Assembly: GCA_963793865.1 (NCBI GenBank)
Contig: CAWCBP010000008.1
Coordinates: 673,755-737,754 of the forward strand
Length of the DNA: 64,000 nt
Direction: 5' to 3'
Source of the DNA: an uncultured delta proteobacterium
Lineage (GTDB): Bacteria > Desulfobacterota > WTBG01
A program made the position numbers and the translations under genes. The notes beneath the pieces were generated by a model, which did no database searches, was not told the DNA's origin, and worked only from the letters and a program-made list of their open reading frames with translations. Within the stretch, counting starts at the first letter, position 1. Every line of letters starts with the position of its first letter. Shown here in pieces: positions 52,846-63,017 of the stretch.

Positions 52846-55687
52846 ATGGAAAAATGCTATAATAAAGCCGCTTCCAACAGTTTAAGAACATTGCACATTA
52901 AAAATATGACCCCGTATCCCGGAAGTGAAAGAGACATCACGTTGATACAGAACGAACGGCCGCCCCTGATTGAAAAAGTGGCGGCGGCCATTGCAACATA
53001 TCCCCGGTATGTGCTGCTGGTTGTTTTGGCATTAGCCATACTGGCCGGCTGGGGAACGAGTACCATTGAGATTTATACGGCCAGGAATGCCCTGTTCCCG
53101 AGGCATGTTGATGTATACCGGCGTCTGGAAAACTTTTTGCAGAAATTCGGCGCCGCTTCTGAGCTGGTGGTGGTGGTCGAGAACGGCCCCCAGGATGAGC
53201 TCAAAGCGTTTGCCACCGAACTGGCAGTGCGATTGCGCCGAAAGCCGGAAGTCAAAACGGCCATGGAGCGGTTCGATCCGCAATTTGTGCTCCGACATGC
53301 GTACCTTCTGATGGAAACTGAACAGCTCTCGCAGTTCGCCGCGGCTGTGGCGGGGCTGCCCGATGTGCCTGTCGGTGAAGGCGCAACAGGGTGGGATGCA
53401 TTCCTGAGCCAGGCTCTGACATGGCTGGAGCATCAGCCGCCACGATCCAAGCCGGATGATCTGCAGGCAGCTAAGCAGCAGCTTGCGCTGCCCCTTTTCT
53501 TTTTCAAGCAGTGGCAGCGGTTTCTTACCGCGCAGGAATCGCCCGAAACAATCCCCTGGCACGAATGTATCTCGAGTGGTGCTGCCCAGCGGCTTGTGGG
53601 AAACGGCGGTTACTTCGCCTCCCGCGATGGAAAAATCCTTTTCCTGTTTGTCAAATCTTCAAGCCCCTCGGAAGAATTTGATGTGGTGGCGCCGTTTGTT
53701 GATGCGGTACGAAAGACGGCTGCGGATCTGCGGGATGAATACCGCCTGTCGGGCAGGCAGGCGCCCACGATAGGATTTACCGGACTGCCCGCGGTCACCT
53801 ATGAGGAATATGCGGCGCTGCAGCGGGACATATCCTTCATTCTGGTTTCGGCCGGTATCCTTGTACTGCTGCTGATCGTGTTCTGGCTCCGGTCCTTCAA
53901 ACTGGCGCTGCTGGTCTTTGTCCCCATGGGCCTCGGTCTGCTCTTCAGCACCGCTCTCACGGCCCTCTTTATCGGTCACCTCACCATGCTTACCTCAGGG
54001 TTCACCGCGATTCTCTTCGGAATGGGGGTTGATTACGGCATCTTCATGAGCTCTCGTATTATTGAAGAGCTTGCCGCGGGCCGGACGCTGGTGGACGGGA
54101 TTGCGAAAGGAGTGGCTGCATCCGGGAGGGCGCTGATAACCGCGAGCATGGCGACGGTGTTTATTTTCCTTGCGCTTATCACTGTTCCCTTCACCGGCTT
54201 CGCCGAGCTCGGCGTGGTCGCGGGCATGGGGGTTTTCATGGTCACGCTCTGCACCTTTTGCATCCAGCCGGCGCTTTTCGCGGTGCTTCCGCCGACCTGG
54301 AAGCCGATCCGCACTCATCATAAGGCTCACGCTATCGACGAAAAGTCACTCTACACAAAGCTTTTGCATAATATTCACATTATCATCCTCCTTTTTGCCG
54401 TGGTCACCGCAGGGATCGGTGCGGTCTATTCTACGCGCATCCCCTTCAACTACGATGTGCTGGCCATGCTGCCCAAGGGCTCCGAGGCGGTTTACTACCA
54501 GAGGAAGATGGTGGAGGAGAGTGATTTTCAGGCAGAGACGGTGTTCTTTACCGCATCGAACATGGAAGAGGCCAGGAAGCTGGCTGATGAGGCGTCGAAG
54601 CTTCCGTCAGTGGGGCGGGTTGAATCCCTGACCTATTTATTTCCCCCGGATGCCGGAGCCCGGGTGAATGAAGCCCGCCGGATCGGCGACATCACATCAT
54701 CGTCCCGCAGCATCGAACAGATTTTACAACTGGAAACAGCGGACCTGAGCTTGGAGCATATGCAGCAGCTTGCGGCGTTGCTGGACAGGGCGGAACCGCG
54801 CATTGAAGATGCTGCTGAAATGGCCCTCTCTGCCGGGCACAAGGAATTGCTGGATATGCTCTATCAGCTGCTTTCGAGCATGGAGAAGGTAAAGGATATT
54901 CTTGCTGAAAATCCGGCAAAGGCCCGCGAGGCCACCGAGCGCTATTTTCACGCTTTGGTCCGGGATGCCGCTCACGGCGTCAGCATACTGAAGAGGTGGA
55001 CGCTCGCTGAACCGCTGCTGCCGGCAGACCTTCCTGATCAGCTTCGGGAGCGCTTCTTTGCTGATGACGGCACGATTGCCGTCTATGCCTTTCCCGCCCA
55101 ATCGGTGTATGATCCAGCCAGCCTGGATCAGCTTGTCACCGAGGTAGTCTGGAGTTTCGAAGGATGTCACCGGTTCTCCGGTCACTCACCAATGGTTTTC
55201 CCGTGAGGTCATCAAGCGACTGCGAGAAAGCATGATGCTGGGCGCTGTGCTGGCCAGCATCTGGATACTGCTCATGCTGCGAAGCCTCCGGGGTTTTTTC
55301 ATCGTCTTTTTCCCCCTGCTGGTCGGAGGAGGGTGGATGATGGGGATACTCTATCTCGCAGGCATTCCCTTCAATTATGCCAATATCATTGCCCTCCCCC
55401 TCATGGTCGGGCTTTCCATGGACTACGGTGTCTGGTTTGGGTATCGCCGGCTTGAGCTCAAGGACCTCTCTCCCTGGCAGGTCCTGCAGAGGGCCGCGCA
55501 GGCCATTACGCTGGCTGCCGCCACGACGCTGGCCGGCCTGGGTGCCATCGTGCTCGCCCGCTACCAGGGGATTTCTCTTTTGGGTGTCACCATCACCATT
55601 GGCTTGTGCTGCTGCCTGGTGGCGGCGCTGGTTGTGGCGCCTTCGCTTACCCAGGTGCTGTTCAGGAGGAAAAATGACGATGAATAA
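52846..55687 (+). CDS. MMPL/RND lipid transporter, HpnN/BstA-like; frameshift near 55147 (start uncertain)
   Basis: GFTGLPAV..EE, FTAILFGMGVDYGI, GFAELG, FNYANIIALPL..G..MDYG; about 940 aa when repaired. Confidence 0.85.
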
Positions 55688-56549
55688 AGTTTTTTGCCTG
55701 CTGCCGGTGATGCTTTTTGCATGTTATGTGCAGGGAACGGGTAATGCCTCTGAGGTCAAAACAACTCCCTCCGCACCCATGCCCGTTTTGATCTGCTATC
55801 CCGGAGGTGCCGTGCAGACGCAGGACGCGGAGGCGGCCACGGCAAGCATGCTGCGGGTGGTGGAAGAGGCAGGGAACTGGCCTGCCGGTACAATGACCGG
55901 TGTTTTCACATCCGCGCTCAAGGAGTGCGGGATGCATCTCGATGAACAAAAGCCGCCGTTTGCCATTACCACCCTGGGCACTTTTCTAGCTTACCGTGAG
56001 AAGCTGGATCTCATTCCCCTCGCTCAGCCGATGATTGATGGAAGCAGTGCGGAACGATACCGCATCATGGTCCGCAAGGGGACATTTGCCTCCCTCCAGG
56101 CGCTCAAGGGAAAAAACCTGGGAGGTGCGCTCGTCGAAGAGCCTGCATTTCTCAAAAGGGTTGTCCTGCGTGGCGCGGTGGATCCGCAATCCTTTTTTAC
56201 CCTGAAGGGCTCGCAGCGGGTGCTCCACTGCCTGAGGGCACTGGTAAAGGGAGAACTGGATGGTGTTATCGTCAACTCCCAGCAATACCGTGCCCTCGGT
56301 TCGCTCCCCTTCGCCGGGGAACTTGAGGTGGCCTTTACCTCTGAGGAAGTTCCCCTGGTGGGGGTGGTGGCCAACGGGCAGAGGACGACTGCCGATGAAC
56401 GAAACCGTTTTGCCCGTGCACTCTCCCGGGTCTGCACCCATCAGGAAGGAAAACAGCTTTGCGAGCTGTTCGGCGTGGAAAGCTTTGTCCCCGCTGATCT
56501 TCAGGCCTTTCAAAAAGCCATCGACCTCTGGCAAACAGATAAGGAATGA
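55674..56549 (+). CDS. Periplasmic substrate-binding protein, PhnD/SsuA-like (BstB-like)
   Basis: Signal peptide; ICYPGG..MLRVVE..G.WP; SLQALKGK; ALVKGELDGVIV; overlaps the MMPL stop. Confidence 0.72.
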   Translation: MTMNKVFCLLPVMLFACYVQGTGNASEVKTTPSAPMPVLICYPGGAVQTQDAEAATASMLRVVEEAGNWPAGTMTGVFTSALKECGMHLDEQKPPFAITTLGTFLAYREKLDLIPLAQPMIDGSSAERYRIMVRKGTFASLQALKGKNLGGALVEEPAFLKRVVLRGAVDPQSFFTLKGSQRVLHCLRALVKGELDGVIVNSQQYRALGSLPFAGELEVAFTSEEVPLVGVVANGQRTTADERNRFARALSRVCTHQEGKQLCELFGVESFVPADLQAFQKAIDLWQTDKE

Positions 56550-56964
56550 AGGAACAACCGTCCCCTCATGCCGAAATATTTCCGTTTCGTAGAGGCAACC
56601 GGCCGGTTGCCCCTACATTTTGATGGAACCTGGATTCCCGCTTCTGCGGGAATCCGAAAAAATAAACATCTGGATTCTCCGATCACAATCTCTTTCCAGT
56701 AGCGGCGACCGGCCGGTTACCCTTTCTGGCGTAAGCCTTGGATACAGCTTCTATGCGAAGCGAACCAGGCGTGTCATTGCGAGCAAAGCGAAGCAATCTC
56801 ATGTTGTGTAATACTTTTCTTTTGTTATAAAAATGGAGATTGCCGCGTCGCCCCGCCGAGGCGGGACTCCTCGCAACGACCGGGTTATTTTGTTTATTTC
56901 ATAAGTTGATTCATGGTACACAACACAGGTGATCCCTGACCGAGCACAAATGCGTAATAGGCCG

Positions 56965-57789
56965 ATGAATCGCAAATTTATTTTATGCGCCATGGGATTT
57001 GTTCTGCTTGCATTACTCTGTGCCGGGTGCGCCGTCTTGCAACAAAAAAATCCTATTGTCCTGCTTCCTGCAGACAACTGCCCGCCTTGGACTCCCGCAG
57101 AACTGGAAGGGCAGGTCACCCTGTTTGACGACAGGACCGACACCGCCATCCTTCAATGCGCGCTCTATTTTTTGCGGAATACGGGAGAAGCCCGCATTGA
57201 TGCATCTGCAGCCGGAGCAAAGATCTGTTTTTTGCTGGCGGACCGGACAGAAGTGGATCAAGCGAGACGTGAGGGTTTTGCTTCGGAGGGAGTGCGGTGG
57301 GCGGAACGCGCCCTTGCACAGGGAGGGGAAGAACGCGGTGATGTTTACTACTACCTGGCGGTCAATCTGGGAATAACCGTCGAAAAGCACCCCGTCGCGG
57401 CGGTAAAGAATCTCGGCCGGCTGGTGGCCAGCCTCGAGAAGGCCATGGCACTCACTCCGGATGTCAGCAGTGCGGGGCCTTACCGCGTGCTGGGCATGGT
57501 CTACCTCAAGGCGCCTCCCTGGCCGCGGGGAATCGGAGACGGAGACAAGGCCCTGGAACTGCTGCGGGAGGCAGTGCGAAGATCGCCCGAATATCCCCTG
57601 AACCGCATCTTCTATGCCCGCGCACTCTGGGAGGTTGAAGGGGAGGAAGGTGAGCAGGAGATCGCAGCGTGCCTTGAAGAGGCCTTGCGGTTATTGAATC
57701 AGGAACAGTGGAAGCCGGTCAGGGACCGATGGATGGATGATTTAAGCAAGATTGCTAAAGAAGCCAGTATCGAACTCCGCTGCAGGTGA
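56965..57789 (+). CDS. TPR-like helical lipoprotein (TatT/BstC-like)
   Basis: Lipobox LCAGC; YYYLAVNLG, AGPYRVLGMVYLKAPPWP.GIGDGDKALELL, PLNRIFYARAL. Confidence 0.75.
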   Translation: MNRKFILCAMGFVLLALLCAGCAVLQQKNPIVLLPADNCPPWTPAELEGQVTLFDDRTDTAILQCALYFLRNTGEARIDASAAGAKICFLLADRTEVDQARREGFASEGVRWAERALAQGGEERGDVYYYLAVNLGITVEKHPVAAVKNLGRLVASLEKAMALTPDVSSAGPYRVLGMVYLKAPPWPRGIGDGDKALELLREAVRRSPEYPLNRIFYARALWEVEGEEGEQEIAACLEEALRLLNQEQWKPVRDRWMDDLSKIAKEASIELRCR

Positions 57790-57808
57790 CAATTAACAGG
57801 AGAAATAC

Positions 57809-58300
57809 ATGGAGAAAAGCAAGGCCGAGATAGAAAAAATCATCGTGGATTTCCTGCATGAACACGGCGAGAATTATTTTACCTGTGCACTTGCCACCTG
57901 CTGGGAAAATCAACCCCGCAGCACACCGGTCGATGCAAGAAATGATGGTCTCAACATGTACTTTGTTGCGGATCCGGGAGGTAAAATAGAGAACATTAGC
58001 AAGAACCCCAGCGTTTGCCTCGCGGTATTCATCCCGGTGGGGAAGGGGTATATGAAAAATGCCCGCGGGCTTCAAATGTGGGGAAGAGCATCAATCATCA
58101 CCCTGGCCGATAATCCTGAAGAATTCGAAAAGGGTTTCAGGATCATACGGCTTGACGAGATATCCATGGTATCAAATAGCAGGCCCTTCCCGGAGGAGGC
58201 AAAATCCAGAATCACCATGGTCAAAATAGTTCCCGGCAGAATCTCTTACTTTGTTTCCATGGGAGAAAGGCCGGTCAAATATATATGGGAGGCAGAGTGA
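57809..58300 (+). CDS. Pyridoxamine 5'-phosphate oxidase family protein
   Basis: CALATC..QPRSTPV, KIENISKNPSV, RGLQMWGRA; related to 2907-3449. Confidence 0.85.
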   Translation: MEKSKAEIEKIIVDFLHEHGENYFTCALATCWENQPRSTPVDARNDGLNMYFVADPGGKIENISKNPSVCLAVFIPVGKGYMKNARGLQMWGRASIITLADNPEEFEKGFRIIRLDEISMVSNSRPFPEEAKSRITMVKIVPGRISYFVSMGERPVKYIWEAE

Positions 58301-58366
58301 TACATTTCCCTTAGCCCACGGTTTCCATGCATGGCAAGAATATGCCGCCCTAGGATTATTTTTTTC

Positions 58367-58402
58367 TTGACAAGTGGTTTGTGTTGCATTACACTGCACA
58401 CA
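58367..58402 (+). promoter_or_regulatory. Sigma70-like promoter with overlapping imperfect palindrome (candidate operator)
   Basis: TTGACA (58367)-17 bp-TACACT (58390); TGTGTTGCA..TGCACACA flanks the -10 box. Confidence 0.6.
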
Positions 58403-58421
58403 TCTCAAAGGGAATTCAAGC

Positions 58422-58904
58422 ATGGAAAAGACATTCGGGCAGAAAATCAGGGATTACCGCGTTAACAATACCTCCTTAAGCCTGCGGAAACTGGCTGAGA
58501 AGGTTAATATCTCTCCCACCTATCTCAGCCGGATTGAAAATGACAAGGAACCGCCGCCGTCAGAGGACATTATCATGCGTGTTGCGCGGGCGCTGGGCAT
58601 CAACGAAGATGAACTGCTGAGCCACGCCGACAAGATCTCACCGGATTTGCTCAAGACCATCAGGGAACACCCCGGCCTATTCCCCAACTTCATCAGAACA
58701 GTCAGGGATTTTGACCAGACGCACCTGGAGGACATACTGGGGCTGGTGCAGTTCATCCAGTCGAAAAGCCTCAGGATGAAGAACAGCGAGTGGAAGCATG
58801 TGGAAAAAATTATCAAATGCCTCTTAAGCGGCAATTTGAAGGGAAAAGACTACGAGGTCATCAGCAGCCTGATCCAAAAGGCTGAAAAACCTCTTAATAA
58901 GTAA
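58422..58904 (+). CDS. XRE-family HTH transcriptional regulator (ImmR-like)
   Basis: FGQKIR..SLRKLAEKVNISPTYLSRIEND..PPS. Confidence 0.9.
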   Translation: MEKTFGQKIRDYRVNNTSLSLRKLAEKVNISPTYLSRIENDKEPPPSEDIIMRVARALGINEDELLSHADKISPDLLKTIREHPGLFPNFIRTVRDFDQTHLEDILGLVQFIQSKSLRMKNSEWKHVEKIIKCLLSGNLKGKDYEVISSLIQKAEKPLNK

Positions 58905-58913
58905 GGAAGCACC

Positions 58914-59585
58914 ATGCTTTTTGATATGGACCGGGTCAGCTGGCTGAGCAAGGAGACCATAAAGGAGGAGGCGGCACTCCTTGTGGAAAACTATGCTTTC
59001 TTCCGGGGGGCAGAAGTGGAACCGCCTATCCCTCTTGAACATATCATAGAAGCCTACCTCGGGTTTACCCTGGAATATGAAAACCTGGATGAAGTCCTCG
59101 GCTTTAATGATGTGCTGGGTGCCACCTGGCTCAGGCAGAAAAGGATTGCCGTCAACGAAAAACTGCTGCAGGAAAACATCGGCCGCATGTTTTTTACCTG
59201 CGGTCATGAGATCGGTCATATAATGCTGCACAGCCGCTATATTTCAGGAAACGGGGAAAAGGCTGCAAAACGGAGTGCAGAACAGGAAATCGTCTGCCGG
59301 GAGGTAGCCAGCAAAAAAAGAGGGGAGTGGCAGGCGGACTATTTTGCCGCGTGTCTTCTCATGCCGGAGGAAAACGTTCGCAGGGCATACAGCAGCATCT
59401 TCGGCACATCTCCTTTGATCATTTATAATAAGAAGAGCTGTTTTGACAGATCGCTTCCTCTTTTTGATCCCGCCTGGGACCGGGTCAATGAATTCGCCCT
59501 GATGGTCATGGAAAATGGTAATTTTACCAATGTCTCCAAAGAAGCGATGAGGGTACGTCTGGAGGAGTTAGGGACTTTTAATTAA
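58914..59585 (+). CDS. ImmA/IrrE family metallo-endopeptidase
   Basis: FTCGHEIGH (HExxH), EWQADYFAACLLMP, VSKEAMRVRL. A possible extra G near 59572 shortens the C-terminus. Confidence 0.9.
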   Translation: MLFDMDRVSWLSKETIKEEAALLVENYAFFRGAEVEPPIPLEHIIEAYLGFTLEYENLDEVLGFNDVLGATWLRQKRIAVNEKLLQENIGRMFFTCGHEIGHIMLHSRYISGNGEKAAKRSAEQEIVCREVASKKRGEWQADYFAACLLMPEENVRRAYSSIFGTSPLIIYNKKSCFDRSLPLFDPAWDRVNEFALMVMENGNFTNVSKEAMRVRLEELGTFN

Positions 59586-59627
59586 TAATACCCAGAATCG
59601 TCTTTTGCGGTAGCTCTTTTTTTGCCC

Positions 59628-59825
59628 ATGATGTTTAGTATGATTAAACACTGTACATTCTACCAAAAGGAATCTGTACCTGAGGATGCTTCTCCTGTGT
59701 GCCGGGAGGAGTTTGATGTTTTGATATCAGGATCGCGAATCATATTCAGCTGGAACTCACGGGACATATCCGAAATTGCCCATACACTGGGAGAGCCGGA
59801 AATAGACCTCGAACCGTGCGGCTAA
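59628..59825 (+). CDS. Small hypothetical protein ending in PCG
   Basis: Fills the gap between ImmA and the AAA gene; its stop lies 4 nt before the AAA ATG. Start uncertain. Confidence 0.5.
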   Translation: MMFSMIKHCTFYQKESVPEDASPVCREEFDVLISGSRIIFSWNSRDISEIAHTLGEPEIDLEPCG

Positions 59826-59829
59826 CAAT

Positions 59830-61298
59830 ATGGACTACCTGGAACAGATAAAAGCTCATATCAATGCCTTAACACCTTTGCTCTATGTCGGCACCTATAG
59901 TCCGGAAGCAGTCAGGGAAGAGCTAAAGCAGATGGCATCTTTTCTGGAGCTGGATTTTTACTGCGCTTCGCTTACGGATGTAACCACGAAAGGCGAGGAC
60001 CCCTTGCAGGTGCTCGATAAGATAATTGCCGCAAACAGCAAACAGGCCTCTCGAGGGCGGTATCTCTGGGTCCTGTACTTCTACCATCTCCTTTTGAAAG
60101 ATGCGGACCCCTTGTTCATAGCAAAGCTGCGCCAGCTTGCCGACGCGAAGACATTGAACGGCACGGTGATCATTGTAGGCGTCCCGCATTTCAGGCTTTC
60201 CCCGGAGCTGTCAGACGTATTTCAGGTAGATCACGCTGCGATCTCGCAAAGAGAAATTATGGAACTGATCATGTCCAGCGGCAGCAGCTACGCCGAGAAA
60301 GACATCACCAAACTGATCAACAGCCTGGCCGGCATAAAATCCCATAATCAAGCTGAAACGCTCCTGGCTCTATCCATGGTCAGCAAAGGGGAGGGGCGTT
60401 TTGACGCGGGGTTCATCATGCAGGAGAAAAAGCGTCTCGCGCAATCAAAAAGCAAAGGCCTTTTTGAAATTATAGAGCCGGAGTATGGTCTGGACTTTAT
60501 CGGCGGCATGGACAGGTTAATGGATTGGATCAACCTGCGTATGCCTCTTCTCAAAATGGAATCATGGAAGTATCCCCACTTGTCCAGGCCGCGGGGAATT
60601 CTGCTCATCGGAGTCCCGGGGGGCGGGAAGTCTTTTTTTGCGACTGCGGTAGGTAAAAGCCATGACCTGCCGGTCCTTAAATTAAATCCCTCCCGACTTT
60701 TTCAAAGCTCGCTTGGTGAAACAGAGGCAAATTTTCTGGAGGTCCTGGAATGCTTAAGGTCTTTCCACTCGCCGGTAATATTCTTCATCGACGAGATTGA
60801 AAAATCCTTCTCGCGAACCGATGGGACTACTGACGGCAACACCAGCAACCGTATCCTCTCGCTGTTGCTTGATTTTCTCTCTAACCACAATCGCCCGTCT
60901 TTACCATCGCCACCTGCAACAGCATTGGCGCCCTCCCGCCGGAGTTATTACGAAAGGGCAGGTTTGATGAAATCTTCTATATTCCCTTTCCTGATGGCGC
61001 TGAACGCCGTGCCATTTGCGCTGCGTTAGCTAAAAAATACGCCATCGATATTTCCATAACGGACTTTTTCATTAACCGGCTGGACGGATTTACCGGAAGT
61101 GAAATAGAGCAGGTATTTAAGGAGGCGCTCTACGAGGCTATGGGAAGAGGCAGTGAGACCGTGGGGGAATTTAATTTGATAAAACAGGCTGAAACGATTG
61201 TTCCCATTAGGCTTACCATGGAAGATGAGCTGACCGGTCTTGAACACTGGGCCAGGGGCAAATGCCGCTGGGCAACTGATAAACCCGGCAAATCATGA
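59830..61298 (+). CDS. AAA+ ATPase, Ycf46-like; frameshift near 60895
   Basis: IGGMDRL..W, PRGILLIGVPGGGKS (Walker A), FIDEIEK (Walker B); after the shift VFTIATCN..LPPELLRKGRFDEIF..GFTGSEIEQ..WARGK. Confidence 0.88.
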
Positions 61299-61308
61299 AT
61301 GGAGTGCC

Positions 61309-62196
61309 ATGTCAGGATTCAAAAATAAACTTTCTCAGCTCATTCGAAAGGACATGGGGCTGAACGGCTTGGCTGAAGCTGAAATCATGTCTCTGGTGAA
61401 TGCGGAAAGAAGTCCCGGAAAAGTTATACGGTTGCTTACCCATCTCAGCCAGCTAAAGACCCTCTGGACGTTTCCGGTTACGGAAAAGAAGAGAATCCTT
61501 GAATGCACATGTACGGAATTATCAAACCATGACCACAGCGATATGTTTACCCGGCTGATTAAGATTGTATTCAGACATCCCGCAGAGGCTGGTGATGATG
61601 ATTCCGGAATTAAAAATTTCATAACTTTTATGAAATCATCCATAACCCGCGAGGAATACTTTACAATCACGGCGGGTCTTGCCCGCGCCATTCTCCTTGC
61701 CTTGAAGAAATATCCCATGCTCGTCCATGAGATGGACGCAAAAACAATAGCGCTGTCTTTATTTTTTGAAAGGGATGCCCTCAGTTATGCCACGAGCCTC
61801 AATAGTCTCATTTCCCTCTTTGGTGCGCCTTCGGTAATCCCTGTAGTGATAGATTTATTGATAGGGCATCCCCGTGAGTCCAATCTTTTCTTAACCAACA
61901 CCATCTTCGAATATGCGAGGAGGCTGCCGCGGGATCAGAGGGTCGCCGCCTTTAAGAAATTACAAATCTTTCTCATGACCCAAAAAGGCGCTTTAAGCGA
62001 AGAAAGCATTGCTAAACTCTATAACGGCTTTGTGCCTGAATTGGGACGGCTTTACTATTTATCCACCGTAGCCTCCTCAGGCTGCACTGCCGCAAAGGAA
62101 GGCATGCAAACGCCTTCGGTAACAACAGAAGCGAATAAGCGCTTCCTACACCTACAACAATCTGGGAGAGGTATGTGCCGTGAGCCACTATACTGA
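61309..62196 (+). CDS. Hypothetical, probably helical protein
   Basis: 295 aa ORF with RBS GGAG; operon position between AAA and DUF1257. Confidence 0.65.
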   Translation: MSGFKNKLSQLIRKDMGLNGLAEAEIMSLVNAERSPGKVIRLLTHLSQLKTLWTFPVTEKKRILECTCTELSNHDHSDMFTRLIKIVFRHPAEAGDDDSGIKNFITFMKSSITREEYFTITAGLARAILLALKKYPMLVHEMDAKTIALSLFFERDALSYATSLNSLISLFGAPSVIPVVIDLLIGHPRESNLFLTNTIFEYARRLPRDQRVAAFKKLQIFLMTQKGALSEESIAKLYNGFVPELGRLYYLSTVASSGCTAAKEGMQTPSVTTEANKRFLHLQQSGRGMCREPLY

Positions 62197-62554
62197 AATA
62201 AAAAACACCTGCATTAACGACCTTGGCATTCTTTTAAAAACACTGCAGCAGATGGGGTGCGAGTTTAAGATGGAGCACTTTATTAATGGCCACAGGGGGA
62301 AGAGGAAGGTCGATATTGCCGTAAAGATGTACGGCGAATATGTGGTGGGACTCAAAAAAAATGCTGCCGGCGCTTATGATGTCATTGCTGACTGGTCTTA
62401 CGCGGAGCTGTCATCCCGGACATTTGTCGACAGGGTGAAGCAGGTATACAACACGGAGAAGGTACTGCACGAGGCAAAACTGCGGGGATACTCACTCATC
62501 CAGCAAAAGGTGGTAAACGGCGGAGTCCGGATCGTTTTGAGAAAAATGACGTAA
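62180..62554 (+). CDS. DUF1257 (Ycf35-like) protein
   Basis: MSHYTEIK..I.D...L...L, YDVIADW, Q.Y..........GY. Confidence 0.82.
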   Translation: MSHYTEIKNTCINDLGILLKTLQQMGCEFKMEHFINGHRGKRKVDIAVKMYGEYVVGLKKNAAGAYDVIADWSYAELSSRTFVDRVKQVYNTEKVLHEAKLRGYSLIQQKVVNGGVRIVLRKMT

Positions 62555-62563
62555 GGAGCAATC

Positions 62564-62770
62564 ATGCAAGAGGAAATCATCGTACTCATCAAAAAGGATG
62601 GGGAGATTCAGGCGGAAGTGAACGGCGTGAAAGGAAAGAAATGCATCGAAATAACTGATTTTATCGCAGCGCTGGGTGATTCAACCACGACCTTCAAGGG
62701 AGCATATTTCCAACAGGGTGCGGTAAAAATTTCCTCGCGCCTCAGAATTGAAAGAGAGGGAAAGGCATGA
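62564..62770 (+). CDS. DUF2997 family protein
   Basis: I.V.IKKDGEI..EVNGVKGKKC...T.....LG......YF. Confidence 0.85.
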   Translation: MQEEIIVLIKKDGEIQAEVNGVKGKKCIEITDFIAALGDSTTTFKGAYFQQGAVKISSRLRIEREGKA

Positions 62771-62972
62771 CGGGGGTTTCACCATAGAAATAAAATTGTG
62801 CAATCCGGTAAGCTCCTTTTAATTTACTCAGGATACTGTGTAATTTTACTCAAAGTCCTGAGCAAAGTGAAGTCAATCAGAAACTGCTGTAGTGTTGCAC
62901 AATGTATGGCAATTATTTGCCAAGTGGCGCAAAAAAGGACTGAGCCGGTTAGCTAAGTCCTTGATTTTCAAA

Positions 62973-63017
62973 TGGTGGGCGATACAGGATTCGAACCTGC
63001 GACCTTTGGTTCCGGAG
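62973..63017 (-). other. 3' half of tRNA-Arg(CCG), att-site-like remnant (not an intact tRNA)
   Basis: Minus strand CTCCGGA-ACCAA-AGGTC-GCAGG-TTCGAAT-CCTGT-ATCGCCC-A-CCA. Upstream sequence cannot form the anticodon stem, D arm or acceptor 5' strand. Confidence 0.8.

Noticed and set aside
55204..55206. TGA in the MMPL gene as a second selenocysteine codon
   Set aside because: The stop results from a frameshift near 55147; the correct protein continues in another frame with no Cys-equivalent context.
58422..62770. Prophage
   Set aside because: No structural, terminase, replication or integrase genes are in the window.
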